From positions 256,001-320,000 of the forward strand of contig CAWBNQ010000014.1 in assembly GCA_963790205.1 (NCBI GenBank): a stretch of DNA of 64,000 nucleotides, written 5' to 3'. The position numbers and the translations under genes are program-made. This DNA is from Nitrospirota bacterium (GTDB lineage Bacteria > Nitrospirota > UBA9217). The notes under the pieces were generated by a model. The model was not told the origin of the DNA and ran no database searches. It worked only from the letters and a program-made list of their open reading frames with translations. Positions 38,110-50,000 of this stretch are shown piece by piece. Every line of letters begins with the position of its first letter. Positions within the stretch are counted from its first letter, which is position 1.

Positions 38110-41100
38110 TCAGTTAATTGTGAAGGTCTGCCCGTTAGAGGTGCCGCCTCCGGGTGTAGGATTGAACACCGTCACTTGGGCCGTCCCCGCCCGCCGAATA
38201 TTCGAAGCCGGTATGTTTGCCGTCAACTGCGTGGAAGAAACGAACGTGGTTGTGCGGTTCGCCCCATTCCAGCGGACTCGGGAGCCCGCTACGAAGCCCG
38301 TGCCGTTGACCGTCAGCGTGAAGGCCAACCCACCGGCGGTCGCAGAGGCAGGGCTGAGGCCCGTGGTTGTCGGAACAGGATTATTGATCGTGAAGGTCCG
38401 GCCACTGGAGGTACCGCCTCCCGGCGCGGGATTGAACACCGTCACTGAGGCCGTGCCTGCCGCTGCTATGTCAGCAGCCGATATCGCCGCCGTCAACTGG
38501 GTCGGGGATACATACGTCGTCGTACGGTTCGCCCCTTTCCAGCGTACTACCGAGCCCGCTACGAAGTTGCTGCCATTGACGGTCAGCACGAAATCCGGTC
38601 CTCCTGCGGTCGTAGACGTCGGGCTCAGGCTTGAGGTTGTCGGCACGGGATTATTGATCGTAGTGATCGTGAAGGTCTGGGCGTTGGAGGTGCCGCCGCC
38701 CGGGGCCGGTGTGAACACCGTCACTGAAGCCGTCCCCGCCACTGCGATATCCGAAGCGGGAATCGTAGCCGTCAACCGCGTTGAAGAAACATAGGTCGTC
38801 GTACGGCTCGATCCATTCCATTGCACTATTGAATTGGCGACGAAGCCGGTGCCATTAACGGTCAGCGCGAACGCCGTTCCTCCGGCTGTAGTAGACGATG
38901 GGCTCAGGCTCGTCGTTGTTGGCGCGGGACTATTAATCGTGAAGGTTTGGGCATTGGAAGTGCCGCCACCCGGCGCGGGATTGAACACTGTCACTGAAGC
39001 TGTGCCTGCCGCTGCTATGTCCGCAGCCGATATCGTTGCCGTCAACTGGGTCGATGAGACATAGGTAGTCGTCCGGTTCGACCCGTTCCATTGCACTGCC
39101 GAGCTGGACACGAAGCTGGTGCCGTTCACCGTCAGCGTGAACGCCGCGCCACCCGCCGGGGCTGACGTTGGGCTGATGCTCGTTATTGCAGGCACGGGAT
39201 TATTGATCGCATTGATCGTGAAGGTCTGGGCATTGGAGGTACCACCTCCCGGGGCGGGATTGAACACCGTCACCTGGGCCGTGCCTGCCGCTGCTATGTC
39301 AGCTGTCGATATCGTTGCCGTCAACTGGGTAGAAGATACATAGGTCGTCGTACGGTTCGCCCCATTCCAGCGCACCGCCGAGCTGGTTACGAAGCCGCTG
39401 CCGTTGACGGTGAGCGTGAAGGCTGAACCTCCGGCTGCAGCGGACGCCGGCGACAGACTGTTGATGACCGGTATGGGTGCCCCTGACGTACCGGAAAGGA
39501 AGGGTATCCTGATCTCGGTGAGAACAGGCGAGCTTGATGGATCGCTGGTGGTCAACCCCAGCTGGTACTGGATCCAGCGTCTGTTCGCGCTCATGAGGCC
39601 CGAGCCGCTCGTACTATAGCAGTCCGACCAGGAGGCATTGGCAAGTTGATCGGACGAGTCGGCGGTCCGGGTTTGGACGCAAACGTTCGTGCCGCCCCCT
39701 GCGGTCGCGTCCCAGGACACGGCCTGCCACTGCGCGCCATCCCCGCCATCATAGGCTGAAGATAACAATACGCCGCTGCTGCCGTATGCCGGCAGGGTGA
39801 TCACTGATATGTCATCGACTGTTATTGTGTACGGTGGATCCCATGTCCACCAATCCACGCTTATACCGCCGCTCAAATAGGGCGGCCGGGAGTCATAATT
39901 ATTATCCGTCACGTCGATCTTCAGGACCCCGTCGTAATACACGAGGATACGATTCCCCATGAAGGTCATCTGGAGCGTGTGCCAGCCCGTGCCCACATCG
40001 GGCAGGCTGACCTGCTGCATCGGTACGCCATCATACGGACCGCCGTTGATGTCCGTCCAACCCCGGAACTTCCACAATTGCAGCAGATTCGACCCGCCCG
40101 GCGATCCTGCCGGGTAGACCCATGCGCCGTAGTGGGCGCCGGTAGCCGGGTCTACACGACCGCCGATGCCGCCCCCGAACGACCCGGCCGGCATCTGGAT
40201 GCGCCCTTGCACCCTATAGTCGGTCCACTGGGGCGTGGTGGAAATATAGGCATAGGAATACTCCAGAGGGGAGCCCGATCCTTGCATCACCCCTCCTGTT
40301 ACCGTCCATGTCCCCATTGGCACGAGCCATGGCGAGAGCGGGTCACCCCCCGATCTTGTAAAGTCGTCCGAAAACAATACGGAACTCGTGGTGGCAAGAC
40401 CGATCTGGCCATTGATACTGTTATCAATGCCGCTGGCCGAACTATAGCGCGTTGAATCCGCCCAAATGGACTGCCCCCCGCCGCCGACCCAGTCGGTCTG
40501 GGTCCAGGTTCCCGCTTGAGGATTATTGATCAAGAAGGTCTTGGCGTTGGAGATGCCGCCACCCGGTGCGGGATTTGACACTGTCACTGTGGCCGTCCCT
40601 TCCGTTGCAATATCCGCTGCCGTTATTGCGGCGCTCAACTGGATCGCAGAGACAAAAGTCGTCGTGCGGCTCGTACCGTTCCATTGCACTGCTGAGTCAG
40701 GGACAAAGCCGCTGCCATTGACGGTCAGCGTGAAGTCTGAACCGCCGGCCGAAGCGGACGTCGGCGCCAAACTGTCGATTACCGGTACCGCCCCCCCCGA
40801 AGTCACTGTTGCCGACGGTTCCACTGAGGCATAATTGCGTACCCGGACGTTGTTGAACTCTGCCGCCGTGTTCTGCTCTCCATAGAGAGCCACCGCCCCT
40901 GTCCCGAATTGTGAAGACGAGGTTTGCATCATCAGCACATCATCTTTATAAACATCGATCAAATTACCATGTGCTTTTACGGTGAGCTTGTACCATGTAT
41001 CGGGATTGACCGCTCCTACGGCCGTACTCGCAAGGGTGGCGCCGCTCCCGTTGATCCAGTTATATACATACAGGTTGTTGGTCGAATTGAGGTCCTCATA

Positions 41101-42663
41101 AAGGTTGACCGTGTAAAGGTTGTTCAGGTCAAGGGCGCGCGCGCCGAGGCCCCACACCCGACCGCTGAGCAGCTTCCCATAAGCATCCAGGACATAATCG
41201 CCGCCCTGATACGAAGAAATAAGGACCTGCCTGACACTGCTTCCGATCGATCCCTGAACAACGTTCCCCATGGTCCCATCCTGCTGGATATCGATGACGC
41301 TGTTCCATGAGCCGCCGCTGGCTGTCCACTTGTTCGGATCTATCGCCTGTTCTTGAAATTGCAGCCTTCCCGCCGTCAGGTCAGCGACCCGGTGGTCAAC
41401 GGTCCAGGTGTTCCCCGTCAGTTTGCAGTAGTAATCGTGGAGCTCTGTCCCGACCACATGCTGAAAGTTACAGGCAGACCCATTAGCGAGAACAGGGTTC
41501 CCTGGCAGCAGGGAAAACCCGCTGGTCGGTGAGTTACTGGTGTAAATGAGAACAACCCACTGGCCTGAACTATCCAGTCCTTCCGTAGAGAGAAAATAGG
41601 TGCCATCGCGGAAGAGCATGTTGGGAGCAGCCAGGGTAGTGTCGGATCGCAGGACGACGGCTTCCGAGCCTGGATCGTCCAATCCCTCGGGTGTGGCAGC
41701 GCTTCGCACGTGGATCTCCCATAACGTTGTACCGGCGCCGTGGTACCAATAGAGGTAATACTTCCCGTCGTTCGGGTTATGAAAGAGATTGGGATTCTGG
41801 TTCGCAAACCCGGACAGCGGCTGCACAATGGTCTTCACGTCGCTGAAGTTGATGCCGTCGCTGCTTTCGGCCAGGTTGATATAGCTCGTTGCGCAGAAAT
41901 CCTTGGTATAGAGCATGTAATAGGTGTTTCCAACCTTCTGGACCGACGGCCATCTCCCGTTCAAAAAGAGGGGGTTGCCGGAATACTTGGTCCACGTGAC
42001 AAGGTCATCGCTGTATGCCAGTCCCACGCCTCCGCAGCCGGCCTGAAGACCGTAGTAGCCCCAGTAGGTATAGCCTCCGCTGTTGTTCTCTATGACGCTC
42101 AGAGTGTGCGGCGCCGAATCTTCCCAGGATTGGTCCTGCGCCAGCACGGTCTGTGGATTTCCAAGTCTGTAATAGCCGGGCACCGTGGTCCCCGTGGTCC
42201 CCGACTCAAAATCATCAAAGAACTCAAACGTGGCACTGCCATTCGAGGCGCTGACCGCTGACGCGTTGCCGTAATACAGGTACAGGGTTGCAGAGCCGAC
42301 GGCCGCTATGGAAGGCACTTTCACCCAGAGGCTGGCACTCTTGTTGGCGGAATCCCACTTCTCGATCCAGAACGGAACAAGGGTAGTGCCGTCATCGCTC
42401 GTAAGACGCACATCGGAGCCATCGCTCTTTGCCTTGGTAAAGTCAAAGGAGCTGTCCAGCACGATATGCACCTGGAAGTCGGTCAGGGTTGTGCCGCCCG
42501 GATTGTTGACAACGACGGTACTGCGATCGCTCCACGCCGCGTCCAGCCAGGCCCCCTGCGCCTGAACAGGGAGGGAGAGGAGCAGCACCATCGCAAATAC
42601 CAAGCCATAAAGCGCCACTAGTTTATTCGCTCCCGATACGGAACGGCTGCGAAGGGTTTTCAT
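38110..42663 (-). CDS. Secreted modular protein: DUF2341-like + five-bladed beta-propeller + ConA-like domains + IPT/TIG repeats
   Basis: Probable start MKTLRSR (42663); DGSDVR....[10 protein letters not shown]...WVKVP...LYLYYGN...[24 protein letters not shown] blades. Confidence 0.82.
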   Translation of the reverse strand: MKTLRSRSVSGANKLVALYGLVFAMVLLLSLPVQAQGAWLDAAWSDRSTVVVNNPGGTTLTDFQVHIVLDSSFDFTKAKSDGSDVRLTSDDGTTLVPFWIEKWDSANKSASLWVKVPSIAAVGSATLYLYYGNASAVSASNGSATFEFFDDFESGTTGTTVPGYYRLGNPQTVLAQDQSWEDSAPHTLSVIENNSGGYTYWGYYGLQAGCGGVGLAYSDDLVTWTKYSGNPLFLNGRWPSVQKVGNTYYMLYTKDFCATSYINLAESSDGINFSDVKTIVQPLSGFANQNPNLFHNPNDGKYYLYWYHGAGTTLWEIHVRSAATPEGLDDPGSEAVVLRSDTTLAAPNMLFRDGTYFLSTEGLDSSGQWVVLIYTSNSPTSGFSLLPGNPVLANGSACNFQHVVGTELHDYYCKLTGNTWTVDHRVADLTAGRLQFQEQAIDPNKWTASGGSWNSVIDIQQDGTMGNVVQGSIGSSVRQVLISSYQGGDYVLDAYGKLLSGRVWGLGARALDLNNLYTVNLYEDLNSTNNLYVYNWINGSGATLASTAVGAVNPDTWYKLTVKAHGNLIDVYKDDVLMMQTSSSQFGTGAVALYGEQNTAAEFNNVRVRNYASVEPSATVTSGGAVPVIDSLAPTSASAGGSDFTLTVNGSGFVPDSAVQWNGTSRTTTFVSAIQLSAAITAADIATEGTATVTVSNPAPGGGISNAKTFLINNPQAGTWTQTDWVGGGGQSIWADSTRYSSASGIDNSINGQIGLATTSSVLFSDDFTRSGGDPLSPWLVPMGTWTVTGGVMQGSGSPLEYSYAYISTTPQWTDYRVQGRIQMPAGSFGGGIGGRVDPATGAHYGAWVYPAGSPGGSNLLQLWKFRGWTDINGGPYDGVPMQQVSLPDVGTGWHTLQMTFMGNRILVYYDGVLKIDVTDNNYDSRPPYLSGGISVDWWTWDPPYTITVDDISVITLPAYGSSGVLLSSAYDGGDGAQWQAVSWDATAGGGTNVCVQTRTADSSDQLANASWSDCYSTSGSGLMSANRRWIQYQLGLTTSDPSSSPVLTEIRIPFLSGTSGAPIPVINSLSPASAAAGGSAFTLTVNGSGFVTSSAVRWNGANRTTTYVSSTQLTATISTADIAAAGTAQVTVFNPAPGGGTSNAQTFTINAINNPVPAITSISPTSAPAGGAAFTLTVNGTSFVSSSAVQWNGSNRTTTYVSSTQLTATISAADIAAAGTASVTVFNPAPGGGTSNAQTFTINSPAPTTTSLSPSSTTAGGTAFALTVNGTGFVANSIVQWNGSSRTTTYVSSTRLTATIPASDIAVAGTASVTVFTPAPGGGTSNAQTFTITTINNPVPTTSSLSPTSTTAGGPDFVLTVNGSNFVAGSVVRWKGANRTTTYVSPTQLTAAISAADIAAAGTASVTVFNPAPGGGTSSGRTFTINNPVPTTTGLSPASATAGGLAFTLTVNGTGFVAGSRVRWNGANRTTTFVSSTQLTANIPASNIRRAGTAQVTVFNPTPGGGTSNGQTFTIN
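41613..42510. repeat. ~0.9-kb near-identical duplication with 45275-46172
   Basis: Same DNA at offset 3662 with scattered substitutions; encodes the DUF2341/propeller head. Confidence 0.9.
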
Positions 42664-42791
42664 AGTCTTCTCCCAGAACATTTCATTATAAAGAACATTG
42701 AGGGGGTAACTGACAAGTTCAGGACAAGGGTCGCAGGGCCGGATCAGGATCCAAGCCTGACCCTCCTTTGACCCTGCCGGTGTTTCCCGCA

Positions 42792-45700
42792 TTACCAGCT
42801 TGGCAGCCCTGCCGCCTTCCTCAGGATCGCCACAACATCTGCAAGATCTATCTTGCCGTCAGGATGACGCTGACCACCGGCCAGAGGCGCCACATCACCA
42901 TGTGCGATATCGGATGCCGTGGGCGTGTCAAGCCCGGCTGCGATCCGGAGCACCTTGAGCGCGTCGGTCATATCCACGATGCCGTCACCGTTTAAATCGC
43001 CATCAGCATTGTCCACGGTAAAGGCGGTGCCCGGTCCTGCTGCGGCTGCAACATTGCCGGCCTGATCGCTTGCGCTGCCCGCTGCTATTGATATGCCGAG
43101 CGTGCCGTTTCCGGTGATGTTGGAGATGGTGACCGTCCTCGTGCCGTTGCCTGAACCGGTGACCGCGACCGTTCCATCGGCTGTCCCGGTCTTGTTCAGC
43201 GTCACGTTCCCGGCTACCAGGCTCACGCTGTCCGCTCCGGTGTAGGTCACGGTGAAGGTCACCGGTCCGCTCTTCGTTGTGGACGACGAGGGCGCGCCGA
43301 TCGCCACGGTCGGCGCTATGGTGTCATAGGTCCGGCTGAACTGAGTTGCCGCCGCATTGCCGTTATTCGCTGCGTCGTGCGCCACGCCCGCCGCTATGTC
43401 AATCGTCACTGCACCATTATTGATAGGCAGAACAGTGACTGTGTACGTCGTGCCGCTGACCGCCGTAAATAAGCCAAGGGTGCCGTTGCCGATGGTCACA
43501 TCGCCGCTGTCAAAGCCGGTCACTGGCTTGCTGAAGGTAACCGTAACCGGTATCGGCGAGGTATTGGTCGGATTCGGGGCTGTTGAGCTGATCGTCACCG
43601 TCGGCACGATCGTATCTACTACTACCGTCTGCGCCAAGCCGGACACAGCTGATACGTTGCCTGCCGCGTCCTTTGCCCACGGATAGAGCGTGTAGCTTCC
43701 GTCACCTGCCACGGTATAGGTGGTCGGCTTTGTCCCTGACCAGCCGGCAGCCCCCGGCAACGGCGGGGTCGCCGATGTCGTTATCAAGTAGCCTGTTACT
43801 GTGCTGATGGTGTCGGTCGCGGTGAATGCCGTTATCGGTATGTTCACGCTCCCTGTAGGCGTTGTCGCGGTGAATCCCGTCACGACCGGCGCTATGGTGT
43901 CATAGATCCTGCTGAACTGGGTTGCCGCTGTGTTGAAGTTGCCTGCCGCATCCTGCGCCACGCCGGCCGCTATGTTAATCGTCACCGCACCGCTGGCATT
44001 GGGCGAAACATTGAAGGAGTAAGATACGCCGCTGCCGCTAAAGCCCGACATGGTGCCGTTGGTGACGACCACTTCGCCACTGGTGAAGCCCGTTACCGCT
44101 TCGCTGAATTGTACGGTCACTGGTATCGGTGTTGTATTGGTCGGTCCTGAGACCGTTGAGCTGATCGTCACGGTCGGCGGTGTCGTATCTACTACTACTG
44201 TCCGCGGCGAACCGAATACGGCCGACACGTTGCCCGCGTCGTCTTGCGCCCAGGGATAGAGCGTGTAGCTTCCGTCGCTTGCCACGGTATAGGTGGTCGG
44301 AGGCGTTCCTGACCAGTTGGCGTCTCCCACTGATGGCGGGGTCGCCGATTGCGTTATCAGGTAGCTGTTGACGACGCTGTTGTCGGTCGCCGTGAATGTC
44401 GTTATCGGTATGTTCAATTTATTTGTCGGCGTTGTCGCGACGAATCCCGTCACGGACGGCGCCGCCGTATCTATTATTACTGTCACGGAAGGCTCCGTCG
44501 CTGCATACTTCCGTACCAGGACGTTGTTGAACTCGGCTACTGTATCATTCGCGCCATAGAGCGCAATACTGTTGCCCAGGCCGGTTGAACCGGTGCTCTG
44601 CAGAGCGAGCACGTCATCCTTGTACACGTCGACCTTGTTGCCATACGCCTTTATTGAGAGCTTATACCACGTGTTTGCATCAACCGCGCCTGTTGCCGTT
44701 CCCGTTTGTGAGCTCTCGATTCCATCTACCCAATCGGTTACCTTCAGTTGGTCATCGGTCCCGTCCAGGCTGACCAGGTCAAGGCTGTCCTGGTCCGTGG
44801 CCCGCACGCCGAGGCCCCAGACCCCGCCAACAAGCTGCTTGCCATAGGCCTCCAGCACGTAATCGCTCCCTTGGTACGAAGAGAGAAGTGCTTGTCGAAT
44901 AGAACTCCCGATAGAGACCTGCGCTACGCCGCCAACGGAACCATCCTGCTGGGTATCAGTGATGATCCCCCACGTGCCGCTCGTTGCTTGCCACTTGCCT
45001 GTATCCAAGGCCTTTTCCTGGATTTGCAATCTTCCCGCGGTCAGATCGGCCACTCGATGGTCCAGGGTCCAGGTTGTTCCCAGCTCGCAGTAATACTCGT
45101 GGAGCTCATTTCCAATAACATACTGGAACATGCAGGCGGCGCCATTGTCGAGAACCGGGTTGCCGGGCAGAAGCGAGAATCCGCTCGTAGGAGAAGTACT
45201 GGCGTAGACCAGTACATTCCAAAGACCGGAAATGTCCAGGACTTCAGTGCTCAAAAAGTATGTCCCGTTGTAGTAGAGCATGTTGGGAGCGGCCAGGGTA
45301 GTGTCGGATCGCAGGACGACGGCTTCCGAGCCTGGATCGTCCAATCCCTCGGGTGTGGCAGCGCTTCGCACGTGGATCTCCCATAACGTTGTACCGGCGC
45401 CGTGGTACCAATAGAGGTAATACTTCCCGTCGTTCGGGTCATGAAAGAGATTGGGATTCTGGTTCGCAAACCCGGACAGCGGCTGCACAATGGTCTTCAC
45501 GTCGCTGAAGTTGATGCCGTCGCTGCTTTCGGCCAGGTTGATATAGCTCGTGGCGCAGTAATCCTTGGTATAGAGCATGTAATAGGTGTTTCCAACCTTC
45601 TGGACCGACGGCCATCTCCCGTTCAAAAAGAGGGGGTTGCCGGAATACTTGGTCCACGTGACAAGGTCATCGCTGTATGCCAGTCCCACGCCTCCGCAGC

Positions 45701-46277
45701 CGGCCTGAAGACCGTAGTAGCCCCAGTAGGTGTAGCCTCCGCTGTTGTTCTCTATGACGCTCAGGGTGTGCGGCGCCGAATCTTCCCAGGATTGGTCCTG
45801 CGCCAGCACGGTCTGTGGATCTCCAAGTCTGTAATAGCCGGGCACCGTGGTCCCCGTGGTCCCCGACTCAAAATCATCGAAGAACTCAAACGTGGCATTG
45901 CCATTCGAGGCGCTGACTGCGGACGCGTTGCCGTAATACAGGTACAGGGTTGCAGAGCCGACGGCCGCTATGGAAGGCACTTTCACCCAGAGGCTGGCAC
46001 TCTTGTTGGCGGAATCCCACTTCTCGATCCAGAACGGAACAAGGGTAGTGCCGTCATCGCTCGTAAGACGCACATCGGAGCCATCGCTCTTTGCCTTGGT
46101 AAAGTCAAAGGAGCTGTCCAGCACGATATGCACCTGGAAGTCGGTCAGGGTTGTGCCGCCCGGATTGTTGACGGTCACGGCGCTGCGATTGCTCCACGCC
46201 GGAGCAAGCCAGGCCGCCTGCGCCTTAACAGGAAGGAATATGAGAGCCATCGCAAATAGCAAACCATAAAGCGGCAT
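42792..46277 (-). CDS. Secreted modular protein: DUF2341-like + beta-propeller + ConA-like + bacterial Ig-like repeats + dockerin-like domain
   Basis: Head shared with 38110-42663; TFSE.VTGF and D.AGN Ig motifs; ends DGDLNGDGIVDMTDALKVLR...PDGKIDLADVVAILRKAAGLPSW. Confidence 0.85.
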   Translation of the reverse strand: MPLYGLLFAMALIFLPVKAQAAWLAPAWSNRSAVTVNNPGGTTLTDFQVHIVLDSSFDFTKAKSDGSDVRLTSDDGTTLVPFWIEKWDSANKSASLWVKVPSIAAVGSATLYLYYGNASAVSASNGNATFEFFDDFESGTTGTTVPGYYRLGDPQTVLAQDQSWEDSAPHTLSVIENNSGGYTYWGYYGLQAGCGGVGLAYSDDLVTWTKYSGNPLFLNGRWPSVQKVGNTYYMLYTKDYCATSYINLAESSDGINFSDVKTIVQPLSGFANQNPNLFHDPNDGKYYLYWYHGAGTTLWEIHVRSAATPEGLDDPGSEAVVLRSDTTLAAPNMLYYNGTYFLSTEVLDISGLWNVLVYASTSPTSGFSLLPGNPVLDNGAACMFQYVIGNELHEYYCELGTTWTLDHRVADLTAGRLQIQEKALDTGKWQATSGTWGIITDTQQDGSVGGVAQVSIGSSIRQALLSSYQGSDYVLEAYGKQLVGGVWGLGVRATDQDSLDLVSLDGTDDQLKVTDWVDGIESSQTGTATGAVDANTWYKLSIKAYGNKVDVYKDDVLALQSTGSTGLGNSIALYGANDTVAEFNNVLVRKYAATEPSVTVIIDTAAPSVTGFVATTPTNKLNIPITTFTATDNSVVNSYLITQSATPPSVGDANWSGTPPTTYTVASDGSYTLYPWAQDDAGNVSAVFGSPRTVVVDTTPPTVTISSTVSGPTNTTPIPVTVQFSEAVTGFTSGEVVVTNGTMSGFSGSGVSYSFNVSPNASGAVTINIAAGVAQDAAGNFNTAATQFSRIYDTIAPVVTGFTATTPTGSVNIPITAFTATDTISTVTGYLITTSATPPLPGAAGWSGTKPTTYTVAGDGSYTLYPWAKDAAGNVSAVSGLAQTVVVDTIVPTVTISSTAPNPTNTSPIPVTVTFSKPVTGFDSGDVTIGNGTLGLFTAVSGTTYTVTVLPINNGAVTIDIAAGVAHDAANNGNAAATQFSRTYDTIAPTVAIGAPSSSTTKSGPVTFTVTYTGADSVSLVAGNVTLNKTGTADGTVAVTGSGNGTRTVTISNITGNGTLGISIAAGSASDQAGNVAAAAGPGTAFTVDNADGDLNGDGIVDMTDALKVLRIAAGLDTPTASDIAHGDVAPLAGGQRHPDGKIDLADVVAILRKAAGLPSW
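42964..43727. repeat. ~0.76-kb apparently identical duplication with 47257-48020
   Basis: Same DNA at offset 4293; similarity extends on both sides through the dockerin and Ig repeats. Confidence 0.9.
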
Positions 46278-46381
46278 TATTGTTCCCTTCCCGATACGGA
46301 GCAGTTGTCAGGGGCTAGGCAGTCCGCGCCCGCCGAGAGCTTTGTTGATATGCTCGCCCGAGTCGTCATGCTGAAGCCTGC

Positions 46382-46945
46382 TTACTTGACCACCGCTGTT
46401 GCTGACAGGGACAGTTCCCCGGTCAGAACTACGGTAGATGGAAGCGATGGGTTGCTAAGATCGGTACCGGTTGCATCATCGAGCGTTGGTTGTACAAAAC
46501 TCGATGCCGTTGGATAATGGCCCGCAGCGATATTACCGTTCACTTTACAGAACGGTCCAGGGTCAAAACCAGCTCCGGTTATCGGATCAAAATTTATGAT
46601 AGAGATCTTCACCTTTCCGGGGAATGTTCCTGTTGCCGCAGTGTAGACGCCCAAGATCGTGATGTTTGATGCCGTGCCTGTTGTGGCTGTCACAACACCA
46701 TCATCAGTTAGTGGCGCGTTCACCGAACTCTTGACTGTCACTCCTGCAGGGAGGGTGACCGTAACGTCATATGCGTTGATCGTGGTAGTTGCCGGAATCG
46801 TGCCCGCGGTCGAAAGCGTGAGGACGGCGGTGGTAGGCTGTGAAACCGTGACGCCGCCCCCTCCGCTGCCGCCGCTGCCGCAGGCTGCAAGCAAAGTGAG
46901 TGTTAGAGCAAAAACCATCAGGCTTGATAGGGCTGTTTTTTTCAT
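46382..46945 (-). CDS. Lipoprotein with Gly linker and a beta-rich, possibly cohesin-like domain
   Basis: SD GGAGG, MKK start, lipobox LAAC, GSGGSGGGG; INAYDVTVTLPAGVTV...GKVKISII pattern. Confidence 0.75.
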   Translation of the reverse strand: MKKTALSSLMVFALTLTLLAACGSGGSGGGGVTVSQPTTAVLTLSTAGTIPATTTINAYDVTVTLPAGVTVKSSVNAPLTDDGVVTATTGTASNITILGVYTAATGTFPGKVKISIINFDPITGAGFDPGPFCKVNGNIAAGHYPTASSFVQPTLDDATGTDLSNPSLPSTVVLTGELSLSATAVVK

Positions 46946-47084
46946 TTTCTTATCCTCCATAAAGAAATAGTTCGCGTTGTCTGAAGGCTGCCGAGTTTCA
47001 GAGAATAACATATACTGACAGGACCACTGGATTACATCGGTATGACATACTGACCTTGCCGTGATCCTGTCAGAAAGTATTGTG

Positions 47085-50000
47085 TTACCAGCTTGGCAGC
47101 AGCGCCGCCTTCCTCAGGATCGCCACCACGTCCCCGAGGTCGATCTTCCCGTCAGGATGGCGCACGCCGCTTACCAGAGGCGCCACATCGCCATGGGCGA
47201 TATCGGATGCCGTGGGCGTGTCAAGCCCGGCCGCGATCCGGAGCACCTTGAGCGCATCGGTCATATCCACGATGCCGTCACCGTTTAAATCGCCATCAGC
47301 ATTGTCCACGGTAAAGGCGGTGCCCGGTCCTGCTGCGGCTGCAACATTGCCGGCCTGATCGCTTGCGCTGCCCGCTGCTATTGATATGCCGAGCGTGCCG
47401 TTTCCGGTGATGTTGGAGATGGTGACCGTCCTCGTGCCGTTGCCTGAACCGGTGACCGCGACCGTTCCATCGGCTGTCCCGGTCTTGTTCAGCGTCACGT
47501 TCCCGGCTACCAGGCTCACGCTGTCCGCTCCGGTGTAGGTCACGGTGAAGGTCACCGGTCCGCTCTTCGTTGTGGACGACGAGGGCGCGCCGATCGCCAC
47601 GGTCGGCGCTATGGTGTCATAGGTCCGGCTGAACTGAGTTGCCGCCGCATTGCCGTTATTCGCTGCGTCGTGCGCCACGCCCGCCGCTATGTCAATCGTC
47701 ACTGCACCATTATTGATAGGCAGAACAGTGACTGTGTACGTCGTGCCGCTGACCGCCGTAAATAAGCCAAGGGTGCCGTTGCCGATGGTCACATCGCCGC
47801 TGTCAAAGCCGGTCACTGGCTTGCTGAAGGTAACCGTAACCGGTATCGGCGAGGTATTGGTCGGATTCGGGGCTGTTGAGCTGATCGTCACCGTCGGCAC
47901 GATCGTATCTACTACTACCGTCTGCGCCAAGCCGGACACAGCTGATACGTTGCCTGCCGCGTCCTTTGCCCACGGATAGAGCGTGTAGCTTCCGTCACCT
48001 GCCACGGTATAGGTGGTCGGAGGTGTCCCTGACCAGCCGGCAGCCCCCGGCAACGGCGGGGTCGCCGAGGTCGTTATCATATAGCCAGTGACACCGACGC
48101 TGTCGGTCGCGGTGAATGCCGTTATCGGTATGTTCACGCTCCCTGTAGGCGTTGTCGCGGTGAATCCCGTCACGACCGGCGCTATGGTGTCATAGATCCT
48201 GCTGAACTGGGTTGCCGCTGTGTTGCCGTTGCCTGCCGCATCCTGCGCCACGCCCGCCGCTATGTCGATCGTCACCGCGCCATTATTGGTAGGCGCGACG
48301 TTGAAGGTGTACGTCGTGCCGCTGACCGCTGTAACTAAGTCAAGGGCGCCGTTGCCGATAACCACGTCGCTGCCGGTAAAGCCTGTCACCACTTCGCTGA
48401 AGGTCACGGTCACTGGGATCGGTGATGTATTGGTCGGTCCTGTGCCTGTTGAGCTGATCGTCACGGTCGGCGGTATCGTATCTACCACGACTGTCCGCGG
48501 CGAACCGAATAGGGCCGACACGTTGCCTGCATCGTCTTTCGCCCAGGGATAGAGCGTGTAGCTTCCGTCGCTTGCCACGGTATAGGTTGCCGGAGGTGTC
48601 CCTGACCAGTTGGCGTCTCCCACCGATGGCGGGGTCGCCGATTGAGTTATCATATAGCCGCTGATGCCGACACCGACGCCGGAGCCGTCGTCTGCCGTGA
48701 ATGCCGTTACCGGTATGTTCTTGCTCGATGACGGCGTTGTAGCGGTGAATCCTGTCACGGTGGGCGGTATCGCATCGACTATTACTGCTACAGAAGGTTC
48801 CGTCGCAGCATATTTCCGAACGAGGACGTTATTGAACTCAGCCACCGCTTCCTTCTCGCCATAGAGCGCAATCTTGCTGCCCAGGCTGGATGAATCGGTG
48901 GTTGAAAGTATTGACACATCGTCCTTGTAAACGTCGATCGCGTTGCCATGTGATTTTACCGAGAGTTTGTACCACGTATTGGCATCGACCGTTCCTGTCG
49001 CCGCGCTTGCCAGGAAAGTGTTAGTGCTCGCGGTGGCCAAATTATATACATACAGATTGTCGGTCCCATCAAGGTCATTATAGAGGTTGATCCAAGCAAG
49101 GTCGTTCTGATCCGTGGCCCGCACGCCCAGGCCCCAGACGCGGCCAAGGATCTGCTTACCATAGGCCTCCAGCACATAATCGCTCCCCGAATAGCTGGAA
49201 AGGAGAACTTGTCGAATGTCATTGGTGCCGATAAAGCCCTGTACCACTCCTCCCGAGGAACCATCCTGCTGGGTATCGGTGACGATCCCCCAGGTGCCGC
49301 CCGTCGCGCTCCACTTGGTTGCATCAAAGGCCTTTTCTGTTATCTGCTGTCTTGTGGTCACATCGGCCACTCGATGTTCCAGGGTCCAGGTGCTCCCCGT
49401 TAACTTGCAGGAGTAGTCGTGGAGCTGAGTCCCGAAAACATGCTGGAACATACAGGCAGAATTATTATTGAGCACGGGGTTGCCGGGCAGAAGCGAGAAC
49501 CCGCTCGTGGCAGAATCGCTGGCGTAGACCTGTACGCCCCAATTACCCGAACCGTCTACGATCTCGGTGCTCAAAAAAAATGTCCCGTTGTAGTAGAGCA
49601 CATTGGGAGCGGCCAGGATGCCGTAGGATTGCAGCACTGGAACATCTGAAGCCGTATCCAGATCTTCGGGGGTTGCCGCGCTTCTGGCAAAAATTTGATT
49701 GAGCGGCTGTCCTATTTGGTTCTTAAACCAGTAGATATAATACTGACTGCCGTCGTAGAAAAGATTCGGGTTCTGATTCGAGAAGCCGGACACTCCGGAC
49801 ACAATGGTCTTCACGTCAGTGAAATTGATCCCGTCCGTGCTGGTGGCAAGAACAATAGAACTGCTGTCAGTGCCGAAACCTTGCTCATAGAGCATGTAAA
49901 AGGTGCTTCCCACCATCAGGACTGACGGCCATCTCTTGTCCGTCGAGAGGGGGTTGCTGGAATACGTGGCCCAGGTCGTCAGGTCATCACTATAGGCCAA

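Noticed and set aside
19905..39470. Regular 270-285-bp repeats as CRISPR or non-coding arrays
   Set aside because: They are in-frame Ig/IPT domain repeats with no repeat-spacer structure, and there are no cas genes.
41613..46172. Near-identical repeat pair as a diversity-generating retroelement template/variable region
   Set aside because: Both copies are coding, differences are not confined to adenines of one copy, and no reverse transcriptase is present.
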